A DNA stretch of 62,620 bases, counting the filler, from Malassezia furfur (lineage: Eukaryota): the NCBI GenBank assembly GCA_052055015.1. It is 17 parts of 17 records of this genome, joined end to end, with 100 filler letters (N's around TTAATTAATTAA, not from the genome) between each part and the next. Parts side by side here need not be neighbours in the genome. Positions count along the whole stretch, not along the records: positions 29,821 to 33,416 come from JBQJIT010000754.1; positions 33,517 to 37,095 come from JBQJIT010000755.1; positions 37,196 to 40,764 come from JBQJIT010000756.1; positions 40,865 to 44,426 come from JBQJIT010000757.1; 13 more parts are not named here. One strand, given 5' to 3'. The notes under the pieces were generated by a model. That model searched no databases, had not been told where the DNA came from, and saw only the letters and a program-made list of their open reading frames with translations. The position numbers and the translations under genes were made by a program. Positions 31,339-42,501 of this stretch are shown in pieces. The number at the start of each line of letters is the position of its first letter. Position 1 is the stretch's first letter.

Positions 31339-33118
31339 CTACGAGGTCTCGTCCTCGACCGCGTCCTTCACCGAAGCCTTGGCGCCCAACGTCGAGGTCG
31401 GCGCGGCGTCCTTGGCCTCCTTCTTCGGCTCGGCCTTCTTCTCAAGAGCGTAGCCGTTCGAGCCGACCTGGATGTTGGAGCCCTGCGAGGGCGCCGTGTA
31501 CGCCGGGGCGCGCCTGTCGTCGAGCACCGTGACGGGCGCAGCCGAGGTGACGGTCGAGGGGATCGCCGGCGCAGCACCGTAGTGGTGCGACACCGTAGGC
31601 TCCTCCATCTCGATCTCGCCCTGCTCGTACTCGTCGTCCTCGATCGAGCTGCCGTCGTCCTCCTCGTCGTCCTCCTCGTCCTCGCTGCGGTAGCCCGCGG
31701 CGCGCACGGCGGCGGGCACGGGGCCCGAGCGGTCCATCTGCTCCGAGGTGGTGAGGTATACCTTGGAGAGCTGCTTGATGTCGTTCCACCACTCCATCAG
31801 CTCGTCGTGGCTGCGCGCGCGGAAGGTGTAGGCGTACTCACGGCCGAGCGAGAAGCCACCCGACTGCGCACCGCCGAGCTTGCGGCCCTCGATGTGGAAC
31901 TTGTGCGTCTGCGCAGCGGCGGTCGACGGCGCACCCAGCGTGCACTCGGGCAGGAAGAGCGACAGGACGGGCGTGGGGTTGCGCGTCAGGTCCGACGACG
32001 CGTGCTCGTGCAGGTAGCCGGCGGGCGTCAGCACGTAGAACGACTCCTTGTACGACTTGGTGAAGCGCTTCTTGCGCTCCAGGATGCCCTGGTGCACGGG
32101 GATCACCGACGGGTCCTCCTTGCCGGGGTAGTCGATCGTCTCCGGGTTGCGCAGCGGCGTGTCGGGGTCGAGCAGGTGGTCCGAGCGCGAGGCGAACGCG
32201 ATCCACTCGGCGTTCGGCTCGAGCGAGCGCATGTGCATGCCGAGGCCGAGCCACGTGTCCTGCACCTGCGCCGACATGCGGCCGCTCCACTCGTCAAAGG
32301 TCTGCCACGCGCTCTGGATCGAGCGGACAATGCCCTCCTCAAAGTGCGCCGAGTTCTGCTGCATAATGATGATGCTCTTCTGCAGCGCGTTCTCCTCGTT
32401 CACCTGGCGCTGGAGCTGCAGCGCAACCGCCTGGTTCGCCGCGTACGGGTCCTCGCGCGCGCTCACGCTCATCGGCGTGTTCTTCAGCAGGGTGATCGAG
32501 CGGGCCAGGTCCGAGATCATCTTGGTCGACAGCTCACGCTCGCGCGCCACCGAGTTGGCGAGCTTGCCGGTGTCCTGCTGGATGTTGCGCAGGTGCGCCT
32601 TGATCTCGGTGCGCAGCTTCTGCAGGTGCTGCACAATCGAGCCCTCGACCGTCTTGGCCAGGTTCGCGTGGTGGTCCGCAATCGTGCGCGTCTTGTCACG
32701 GATGCTGTAGAACACGTCCTGGATACCGTCCTCGCCGAGGAACTGGTTGCCCTGGCGGAACGGCACCTGGATCACACCACCGAGCTTGGCCATCTCCTTG
32801 GCCGTGTTGTACTCAATGTCGGCAATGCCCTCAAAGTACGAGATGAGCATCTTGGTGATGTCCTTCCAGCCTGTGTGTTAGTCTGTCCTCCGCCTCCGCT
32901 GGGAAGGCGGCGCGCGCCCCGCAACCGCACAGCGGCAATCACGACAGCGGCCCCACCCCCCATGCCAACGTACCCGTGAAGCGCTCGATCAGGATGTCCG
33001 ACGGGCGCAGCTCGTTGGGGCCCGTGTTCTTCTTAATCAGCGAAGCATTGCGGCTAGCAATCGTGGACTTGCGACTCGCGGTCGTAGCCCGGGTAAGGGT
33101 CGATTGGGCGTCAGTCAT
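31339..33118 (-). CDS. Slm1/2-like BAR-PH domain protein, 2 exons
   Basis: The 103-nt intron 32871-32973 gives RPSDILIERFTGWKDITKMLISYF; PH domain GILERKKRFTKSYKESFYVLTPAGYLHE...WWNDI. Confidence 0.8.
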
Positions 33119-33516
33119 CGTGACGGATGTTGGTGGTGGGATGCGTAGATCACCGCGGTTTTGCCCCCCAGGCGGCAGCTCCCAATCGTGTTTACCGACA
33201 CGCACGACTGCGCATCCAGAGCGAATCAGCGCCCGGCACCACCCGCACTGCGTCTCCCCGCGAAGCCGGCCCACGCACAATGCGGAAAGTGGGGCCTGCG
33301 GTACGGCATTTGCCCTTACGGCATGTCGTCGAGCCAATCATCGTAGTTGCTGAGGTAAGCTTGCAGTATCGCGGCAAAAATAGTGCTGCACGCACCGGCA
33401 GGCACCCGCCGGGCGCNNNNNNNNNNNNNNNNNNNNNNNNNNNNNNNNNNNNNNNNNNNNTTAATTAATTAANNNNNNNNNNNNNNNNNNNNNNNNNNNN
33501 NNNNNNNNNNNNNNNN

Positions 33517-35272
33517 TGTACACGCGCCGCCCGTGCGCCTTGGCGATCTTGATCGCCTCGGGCGCCATGTAGTTGGGCGTGCCCACAATCGCGTCGCGCG
33601 AAATGTGGATCGTGCCGAGCGGGATCTTTTGCGCGATCCCGAAATCAATCAGCTTGAGCCGCTCGCGCACCAGCAGAAAGTTGGCCGGCTTCAGATCGGT
33701 GTGCACCAGATTGCCCTTTTCGTGCACAAAATGCACCGCCTCGAGCATCTGGCGCCAGTACACACAGATCTGCGCGTGCGTCAGTGGGCCGTGCGCCTTG
33801 AGCACCGAGCTGAAATCCATCTCGCCCAACTCGAGGAGCTGTGTCAGCGCGCGCTCGCCACGTACAATCTTGAGCGTGTCCTTGTTGAGCCGGTGGCCAA
33901 AGTAGCGCAGGATGTAGCGCTCGTGCCCCGGCTGCTGCGCAAGCTGCTCAAGGAGCTGCGCCTCTTGGATCAGCTCGTCGCGCGACTCGGGCTCCAGCCG
34001 CCGCAGCGACACCTGCTTCATCGCAAAGTAGCCCTGCCGCGACTCGTCCACCTCCTCCATGCGCACCACCTCGCCGCCCTGCTCGGCCGCAGGGATCGCC
34101 GTGGGGCCACGCACTTGCCAGACGGTCGAGAAGCCGCCCTCGCCGGCCCGCTGCACTTTGAGGAACCGGCATCCACGGAACTGCGTGTGAGCATCCCACA
34201 TACCGTCGTCTCTTTCGCCATCGGCTTTTGGCCGGCACGCTTCGGGGGGGTATACTGTGCACGGCCCTGGCGCTCGGCCTCGACCAGCATCTGGTGCAGG
34301 AAGTCGACCGGCTCGGGCGACGGCGCGCTGCGCTCCGCATCGCGCGCCGGTTTGATGGGCGCCGCTGGCGCCGGCACCGCGGCACTCGGCACATTCGCTA
34401 TCTCGGCCAGCGGCGCACGCTCACGCGGCGGACTGCGCAGCTGCGTGGACGACGACCGCACTGCCCCAGCGGGCGCACGCACGTCGCTTTTCGCCGCAAT
34501 CGAGCTGGAAACGCACGGCGACGAGACACTGCGTGGGTTCGCGTCGAGATCGCGCCGCCCGGGGACGCGCAGCGCACCTTCTTCGCGCGCCGCTGGCACT
34601 TCGTCGGGCCGTGCAGCGCCCGCAGCCGACGCTGGCGGCGCGGGCGGCAGCGGCGGAGAGTGGTCCTGCCGCGCCGCTGCAGCATGGCCCGGCTGGTTCT
34701 CGTCGTCCTCGGCCTCCTCTTCGTCCTGGTATCGAAGTACGCGCCGCGCGGGCACATGGACACTGCCTGTGCGAACGGCCGATCCTGCGTGAGTGGGCGC
34801 ACGTACGTAGTTTCCGCAGGCCTGTGCCGACGCCGCGCGGCCCTGTATGTGCTGTCGCACTGCTGCGCAGCGTGCGCGCCGTTGTGGATGTGTGCGGTGT
34901 GCTGTGCTCGCGCGACTCGGCGTCGGTCCGAAGCGGGCGTGCCGTGGGTGTATTGGGCTCGTCCTGCCCCGCCGCGTACACATGGCTGAGCCGCGGCGGC
35001 GTGGGCAGGGGGCTCGCGTCCGCATCGGTAAGGAGCGCATCGCGAGGCGGTGTCCTGGGCACAGCGCCGACCGCGGTGTCCATAGCGTCCCAATGCGCGG
35101 CCGCTCCACTCGTGTTGATGTGTTGTGTCAGGCAGGGAATTTTGGGCACGCGCTCCGCGCGACACGTGGGCGAGCCTACTGGGTCGACTTCGCAGGGGGG
35201 CTGGATGGGTGCGCGCCTCCTCGCGAGCGAATACCGGCCAAACGCATCGTAAGAGCGTGTATGCGGCACCAT
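33517..35272 (-). CDS. MPS1: Mps1/TTK-family protein kinase, 3' truncated; start uncertain
   Basis: Introns 34785-34806, 34181-34203 and 33839-33865; GEGGFSTV, YWRQMLEAVHFVHE, HTDLKPANFLLV, IDFGIA, RDAIVGTPNYMAPE. Confidence 0.85.
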
Positions 35273-35451
35273 ACCAGCCTTGTACAGATCGGCTTGGCTA
35301 GTGTGCACCGCGCGCCGTGCTTGGGGGCCGCCACGGTGCGCGACGAAAGCGTGCTCTCTCGCGTATGTCGCGTCCTCGCGGCTCTGCCGTCCGTCCACGG
35401 CCCCACGCCGCCTTCTTGCTCATCCACCGACATCGGAGATACCTAGCTATG

Positions 35452-36127
35452 CTAATTAAACGGCCCCAAGTAGTCCTCCTTCATGGTCCCAATCGCAAAC
35501 TGTGTGAGCAGCGTATACATACGATTTCGTTGGCGTCCACGCGCGTACCGACGATCCGGATCCGGACTTTGCGTCCCTTGACGATATTCTGTGGTCAGCC
35601 ATGCGCGCGCGCACGTACATCACTGGGCGACACAAATTCCGGCGGGTTCGCGTCCGGCTGGAACTTGTAGTCGATGGGGAGCAGGTGCGACGACACAAAG
35701 ATGCTCAAGGGCCCGACCTCGGCGAAGAAGCCCATTTTGTTGACGTTTGTGACCGATGCGTCCATGACCTCGCCATTGAACTGCGCGTGAGTGCGTGCGA
35801 CGTACCGGCTTCAGCACAATCGCCTGGTATTTGCTGCGGAACTCGGCCAGCCCCGTGCCGGGCATGACGCGGCCCTGCCCGACGTCCATGATCGAGACGA
35901 CCTTGATGATATAGCCCTGCGCGGGTCAGTGGGGTGCAGCATACATATTTGCCCGTGCAGGTGCCCTCGACGTCGTCCTTCAGCTTGCGCGACACTGGGT
36001 GAGCGGGGCCGGCACGTACGGAATTCGATCATCGACGGCCCATAGAACGACGGATGCAGCTCTGTCCGGTGATCGAGGTTTTTCTGTGTGAGATGCGCGG
36101 CACGCGCGCACGTACAAGGAAGAACAT
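35452..36127 (-). CDS. RPB7: RNA polymerase II subunit Rpb7, 7 exons
   Basis: Introns 36084-36115, 35995-36019, 35917-35944, 35781-35805, 35589-35618 and 35500-35522 give MFFLKNL...LHPSFYGP...VEGTCTGKYGYII...KPFNGEV...FAIGTMKEDYLG. Confidence 0.95.
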
Positions 36128-36224
36128 TGCGCGCTCCGCCGCGGCGCCGGGGTCAAAGCGTGTCGGCACGGCGCAGCGCGGAGGCGGCGGCCGCCGTCGG
36201 CCACGTGACGTACCTCCACCGGCC

Positions 36225-37095
36225 ATGGTACGTCGTAGGCGGGGGCTGACCGCAGGGAAACGACGGTGGCTCGATCGCGCGGCGCGACGACCTCGTACGC
36301 ACCAAGGCGTCGGTCGAAACCGCAGATAAGGACGAAGTGCGCCATGCGCTCTGGACGCAGTGCCGCCTGTCCAAGGCGCGGCTCGCCAAGCCCGTCATGG
36401 TCGATCGGCTGGGGCAGCTCTACAACAAGGACGGCGTCATCGAGTACCTGCTGCGCCGCGGCCAGGGCGAGGCGAGCGCGTCGGAGAACCGCGTCGCAGG
36501 ACACCTCAAAGGACTCAAGGTGCGTGCGCACGGCTGACGCAGGACCTCCGCGAAGCGACGCTCACCCCTGCCCCCACGACGCAGGACCGCAGCGACACGG
36601 ACGCATACCCCTTTGTGTGCCCCCTGACGCAGCGCGCGCTCAACGGCAAGTTCCGCGTGGTGTGCTTGTGGCCGTGTGGGTGCGTCCTGAGCGAGTCGGG
36701 CGTGCGCGAGACGACGGGCGTGTCGAAATCGAGTGCCGCGCCGACGTCGCCGTGCCCGGTGTGCAATGTGCCGTTTGCGCATGCGGCGCTCGTCGAGCCC
36801 CACGCCCCGGCAGTCGACAGCGACGTGGTGTGGGTGAACCCGCCGGCGGAGGAGCAGGCGGCGCTGCGCGAGCAGCTCGCCGCGCAGAAAAAGACGAAAC
36901 GCAAAAAAGCGGACGCCGCCGCTGGCGCCGAGAAGCGTGCGCGTGTGCAGGCGCCCACGCTGAACGACGCGGCGCCCGGCGCGTACGCCGCGAACCAGGT
37001 GCGCCGTGCACAGGAGAACGCGGCGCGCAACGCACCGCCGACGCGCGACAGCGAGGCGGTGGCGTCGCTGTACCGCAAGACGCCGTCGAAGCGCG
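36225..37095 (+). CDS. RTF2: Replication termination factor Rtf2, truncated
   Basis: Introns 36228-36255 and 36520-36542 give MGNDGGSI...LGQLYNKDGVIEYLL...HLKGLKDL...FVCPLT...WPCGCV...CPVC. Confidence 0.92.
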
Positions 37096-37195
37096 NNNNN
37101 NNNNNNNNNNNNNNNNNNNNNNNNNNNNNNNNNNNNNNNTTAATTAATTAANNNNNNNNNNNNNNNNNNNNNNNNNNNNNNNNNNNNNNNNNNNN

Positions 37196-37656
37196 ACAAA
37201 GCGCACGCCCGCGCGCTGCAGGCCCACAAACTCCACCGGGCGCAGCTCGCGCAGGCGTACGGCACGTGGCTCGGCCACGGCGCGCTCAGCCTGCACGTGC
37301 TGCGCCCGGTGGAGTTTGTGGGCCTGCAGCGCGCGGGCGTGCGCTTTGTGCAGCGCCTGCTCATCGCGATGCTCCTCGCGACGCAGACGCGTGCGCCGAT
37401 GCTCACCGACGCCGTGCGGCGCCGCCTCGCACAGCCGCCGACGGCCGCGGACAAGAGCGCCGTGGAGCGCGCCGTGGTGCACGGCACCGCCGGCCACACG
37501 CCGCTCGCGCAGGGCCTGCTGGTGTTCGTGCAGCAGCACGTGCGCAAGCGCGACGTCGCCGCGGTGCTGGGCGCCGACGAGCCCGCGTGTGCGCGCGTGC
37601 AGTGGGCCGCTCGCGTGGCACGCGACACGCTGCGGGTGCATGCGACGGCGGCCTAG
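37196..37656 (+). CDS. C-terminus of an Sgd1/NOM1-like protein
   Basis: LAQAYGTWL...LSLHVLRPVEF...LAQGLLVFV...VQWAARVARDTL resembles the Sgd1 C-terminal region. Confidence 0.5.
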
Positions 37657-39272
37657 CGCGCGGCGTCGGTGTGCTTGCGGCGCTTGCTCGCCTGCACCAT
37701 GTCGCGCTGGCGGTGTGCGAGGCGGCGCCCGAGCGTGCTGGAGCCGGCGGCGGTGCGCACGTCGCGGCGCGCGATGGGCGCGTTGCGCAGCTTGCGCTTG
37801 AGCATTTTCGAGGGCTTGGGCAGCTTGAGCATCCACTCGGGCACGTCGCAGCCCGACTGGCGCATCACGTTCACGACCGACTTGAGGTAGGGCGCGTCGT
37901 CGCGCGTAAAGTAGGTGATGGCGCGGCCCTGCTTGCCCGCGCGGCCCGTACGCCCGATGCGGTGGATGTAGCTCTGGACGGTCTGGGGGAAATCGTAGTT
38001 GATCACCAGGTTGACGCCCTTGAAGTCGATGCCGCGCGCCATCAGCTCGGTACAGATCAGGATCCAGATCTCCCCGCGCCGGAACGCCTGGATGACGGCC
38101 TCGCGCTGCGCTTTCGGGCGCTCCGAGTGGATCACGTCGACGTGCAGCCCGTCGTACACCAGCTCGTGGAAGAGCTCGCGCGCGCGCTGGATCGACTGCA
38201 CAAACAGCAGCACGGGCGGCTTCATCCCGCCGCTCTGGATGAGCGCGCGCAGCGCATGCAGCTTGCCGTCCTCGGCGCCGCAGAACTCGAGGCGCTGGTC
38301 GATCGTCGTGGTCGCCGCGTCTTTGGGGCCCACAAGCACGCGGCACTCGTCCACCATAAACGTCTTGGCGAGCGCCTCGACGCCCGCGGGCAGCGTCGCG
38401 GAGAAGAGCGCCTTGCGCAGGTTGGGGTTCGAGCACGCCGCGAGGATCGTGTCGGTCTGCTCCAGGAAGCCCTGCTCGAGCAGCCGGTCGGCCTCGTCCA
38501 TCACGAGGTACTCGACGCGCGACAAGTCCAGCTCTTCGTGCTCGATCGCGTGCACGAGCCGCAGGGGCGTCGTGATCAGAATGTCGTTCTTCTTCTTGAG
38601 CTGCGCCTGCGCCTTGCTCCCCGACTTTGTCAGCAGGCACGTCCGGAACGCCTGGCCCCGCGCAAGCTTCGCGAGCTGCTCGTCAATCTGCTGCGCCAGC
38701 TCGCGCGTGGGGCTCACAATCACCGCACGGATCCCGCGGCTTGCGTGCGCGCCCAGGAGCTGCAGGATCGGCAGCAAGAACGCCAGCGTCTTGCCCGAGC
38801 CTGTCGGCGCGCCCGCGAGCAGATCGCGGCGGCCCAGCATCACACTGATCGCGCCGCACTGGATTGGCGTCGGCTCCGGCCACTGCCCAGCGAGCAGGTT
38901 GTCGTACAGCCACGGCGCAACCTTCCACCGCGTCTCGAGCTCCGCCCAGGACCGGAGCGGCAGCGGCACGTCGGTGCCGGTCAGCTTCAGGTGGTGCGTG
39001 CGCAGAAACTCGGGCAGCTCGTCGCGCCGCATCGGCTCCGCCGTGGGGCGCGCAGCGGGCGCCGCTGCCGCGTCGTGCTCCGCGGCCGCCGCTCGCTCGT
39101 CGGCGTGCGTATTGAAAAAGTCGAGCGACTTCGGCACGGCCGCCGGCGCGCTCGACGTGCTCGCCTCGGGCTCCTTGCGCGCACGAGGTGCATTGAACAC
39201 CGCCATGTCGCCCGCAAACCGCTTCTTGTCGAAGCGCGCGCCGCCCGTCACCAGCGAGCTAAAAATGTCCAT
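37653..39272 (-). CDS. ROK1: DEAD-box rRNA helicase Rok1/DDX52
   Basis: APTGSGKT, PTRELA, DEADRL, FSAT, PPVLLFVQSIQRA, YIHRIGRTGRAG; N-terminal GARFDKKRF. Confidence 0.93.
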   Translation of the reverse strand: MDIFSSLVTGGARFDKKRFAGDMAVFNAPRARKEPEASTSSAPAAVPKSLDFFNTHADERAAAAEHDAAAAPAARPTAEPMRRDELPEFLRTHHLKLTGTDVPLPLRSWAELETRWKVAPWLYDNLLAGQWPEPTPIQCGAISVMLGRRDLLAGAPTGSGKTLAFLLPILQLLGAHASRGIRAVIVSPTRELAQQIDEQLAKLARGQAFRTCLLTKSGSKAQAQLKKKNDILITTPLRLVHAIEHEELDLSRVEYLVMDEADRLLEQGFLEQTDTILAACSNPNLRKALFSATLPAGVEALAKTFMVDECRVLVGPKDAATTTIDQRLEFCGAEDGKLHALRALIQSGGMKPPVLLFVQSIQRARELFHELVYDGLHVDVIHSERPKAQREAVIQAFRRGEIWILICTELMARGIDFKGVNLVINYDFPQTVQSYIHRIGRTGRAGKQGRAITYFTRDDAPYLKSVVNVMRQSGCDVPEWMLKLPKPSKMLKRKLRNAPIARRDVRTAAGSSTLGRRLAHRQRDMVQASKRRKHTDAAR

Positions 39273-39328
39273 CGTCGCGGTGGCCAACCAATTTTTTGTC
39301 TTCGCCACGCACCTCCACTTGGCGCGCC

Positions 39329-40764
39329 ATGGCCAAGCGGTACGCGGAGCTGGACGCCGCCCCGCCGGCCAAACGCCGCGGGCGCGGGCGGCGCGCAGCA
39401 CACACGGTGCCTACGTTTCTCACCCTCTCTGACGAGTGCTTGCTGCTCGTCTTGTCCCACCTCGGTGCGCACGACCTCGCACACGCGCAGCAGGTGTGCA
39501 CACGCCTCAACGACCTCGCGCGCCACGGCCGCCTGTGGCGCCACTGCCTCTTGCGCGACTTCTTGACGCAGCGCGTCGACGCGCCGAAACTGCCCATTGC
39601 TCCCCTGGAGCCGCTGCTCACCCGCACGGACGCGGCACGCGCCCTTGCGCGGCTGCCGGCGCGCTACCACCGCGCCGCGCGCGGCGATCTGGTCCAGCCA
39701 GACTGGCAGCGGCTGTATGTTCTATGGCACAATTGGCACCGCGGGCGCATCCGTGTCGCGGCACTTGCACACGATGCGCCGCGGCCGTCGTCGCCGCCTC
39801 TGTGCGCGCCTGTGGGTACGGCAGACGCCGCCCCCGCCTCGATACCCCCACTTCTGGCGGGGCCAGACGCGCCCGACGCCGCGGCCGACACCCTAGTCCA
39901 AGCGTCGGTCAACCTCGTCTTCACCGCGCGGCGGACCCACGGCGTGTCGTGTACGCCGACCGACGCGGCGTCCGTAGCGGCAGCGATGCCGCCGCTGTCC
40001 ATCTACCTCGCCGATACGCCACGTGCGTCGCAGCGCCACCTGCCGCTCGCCGTCGTGCAGCCCACGGCGCTTGCCGAGCGCATCGCCGACGCGGCGCGGC
40101 ACGACACCGCACTGGCGCATCACCTCGCGACGCACGGCGTGGTGCTCACCGAGATGCGTGTCGACGACGCCGCCGAAGAGGCGTGGTCCGTGCGCCTAGC
40201 CCTGTGCCTGGCGCCGGGCATCCTCGCCGTGCTCCGCATCGCCGTAGGCGCCGCACCCGCAGTGCACGTCGAGCACGTGTGGTTTGAAACGGGGCCCGCG
40301 CGCCGGCACCCCGTGCGCCAAGCCGCACTGTGTGGGCCCACGCTCGTGACGTGCACCGACGACTTCCGACTGCACATTTGGCGCCTCGCACCGGCGCCGA
40401 CGCTCGTACGTGCGCTGCGCAGCCACAGCACGCGGTGGCCCGCATGCCTCACGCTGCGGCGCATGAACCCCACACTCGACCGCATCGCGGTCGCCTCGGT
40501 CGCGCCCACGCGCGGAGCGACGGCACGCGTCGTGCTTCAGACGTTCGACGTGCACGACGTGCACGGCACGACGTCGGTCACGAGCCGCGTTGCGCACGCC
40601 CATGCGCCGTGCGTTGCGGGTGGCGCGGTAACGAGCGTCATGTATGACGCGCCTTACCTTGTGCTCGGCACGACCGCCAACCTGCTCGACGTCTACCGCG
40701 TCGAGGAGCCGAGCGCTCCGGCGCCCGGCGCCGGCGCACGCGTGGGCCGCGCGGCGAGTGCGAC
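39329..40764 (+). CDS. F-box protein, truncated
   Basis: FLTLSDECLLLVLSHL...QVCTRLNDLARHGRLWR (F-box) and DWQRLYVLWHNWHRG linker, followed by a beta-rich region. Confidence 0.8.
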
Positions 40765-40864
40765 NNNNNNNNNNNNNNNNNNNNNNNNNNNNNNNNNNNN
40801 NNNNNNNNTTAATTAATTAANNNNNNNNNNNNNNNNNNNNNNNNNNNNNNNNNNNNNNNNNNNN

Positions 40865-42435
40865 GCGGCGGCATGGGCGGCGGCGGCGGCGGCGGCCCCG
40901 GCGGCATCTTTGGCATCGGCAAGAGCCGCGCCAAGATGTTCAACCAGGAGACCGACGTCAAGACCAAGTTTAGCGACGTCGCGGGCATGGACGAGGCCAA
41001 GGAGGAGATCATGGAGTTTGTGAGCTTCCTCAAGAACCCCGAGAGCTACGAGCGCCTCGGCGCCAAGATCCCCCGCGGTGCGATCCTGTCTGGCCCCCCG
41101 GGTACCGGCAAGACGCTCGTGGCCAAGGCGACGGCCGGCGAGGCGGGCGTGCCGTTCCTGAGCGTGTCGGGTTCCGAGTTCGTCGAGATGTTTGTCGGTG
41201 TCGGCCCGTCGCGCGTGCGTGACATGTTTGCGAACGCCAAGAAGCACGCGCCGTGCATCATCTTTGTGGACGAGATCGATGCGATCGGCAAGGCGCGTGG
41301 CAAGGGCGGCAACTTTGGCGGGAACGACGAGCGCGAGAGCACGCTGAACGAGCTGCTCGTCCAGATGGACGGCTTCGGCACGAACGAGCACGTCGTGGTG
41401 CTCGCCGGCACGAACCGTCCGGACGTGCTGGACCCGGCGCTGATGCGTCCGGGGCGCTTTGACCGGCACATTGCGATCGACCGCCCGGACATCAGCGGGC
41501 GCAAGGACATCCTCAAGGTGCACCTCAAGCCGCTCAAGCTGGCCGAGGACGTCGACCTCGACCTGCTCGCCGAAAAGCTCTCCACGCTCACGCCCGGCTT
41601 CAGCGGTGCGGACCTGGCCAACGTCGCGAACGAGGCGGCGCTGATTGCGGCGCGCGCCGAGGCCGCCGCGATCGAGGAGCACCACTTTGAGCAGGCGATC
41701 GAGCGTGTGATTGCCGGCCTGGAGCGCAAGAGCCGCGTGCTGTCGCCCGACGAAAAGATTACGGTGGCGTACCACGAGGCGGGCCACGCCGTGTGTGGCT
41801 GGTTTTTGGAGCATGCCGACCCGCTGCTCAAGGTGTCCATCATCCCGCGCGGCGTGGGTGCGCTGGGGTACGCGCAGTACCTGCCCAAGGAGCGCTACCT
41901 CTTCTCCACGGAGCAGCTGTTTGACCGGATGTGCATGACGCTGGGCGGGCGTGTCTCGGAGGAGATCTTCTTTGGGCGCATCACCACCGGTGCGCAGGAC
42001 GACCTGTCGAAGATCACGCGCCTCGCGTTCGAGATCTGCGCGTCGTACGGCATGAACGACGAGCTGGGCCCCGTGTCCTACCGCACGGACCAAGAGTCGA
42101 TGCACAAGCCGTACTCGGAGCGCACCGGCGAGATGCTCGACGAGCAGGTGCGCAAGCTCGTCGTGGCCGCACACACGCGCACCACCGAGCTGCTCGAGCA
42201 CCACAAGGAGGACGTCGAGAAGATCGCCAAGGTGCTGCTCGACCGCGAGGTGATCACGCGCGAGGACATGACCAACCTGCTCGGCAAGCGGCCGTTCAAG
42301 ACCGCCGACGAGGCGGACGAGTACCTCGACAAGAAGGGGCGCCTCAAGCGCAAGGGCGAGACCAGCGCGCCGCCGCCCCCGGAGGAAATCGACCCGGAGC
42401 CCACGGTGGCCAGCTCGCCGCCGCCCCGTCTGTAG
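40865..42435 (+). CDS. Mitochondrial m-AAA protease (Afg3/Yta12, FtsH family), 5' truncated
   Basis: [21 protein letters not shown], zinc motif [15 protein letters not shown]. Confidence 0.96.
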
Positions 42436-42501
42436 CGCGCCGCGGCGCCGGCGCCGGCCGTAGTGCATACCATCCCTTCACGTGACTTCGCCTGCCCCAC
42501 G

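Noticed and set aside
33119..33416. Possible ncRNA upstream of the Slm1-like gene
   Set aside because: No snoRNA, snRNA or tRNA boxes found; two CCAATC motifs fit an ordinary promoter.
42424..42435. PTS1-like C-terminal PRL on the m-AAA protease
   Set aside because: Weak variant in a Pro-rich tail of an inner-membrane protein; probably chance, with no conservation evidence.
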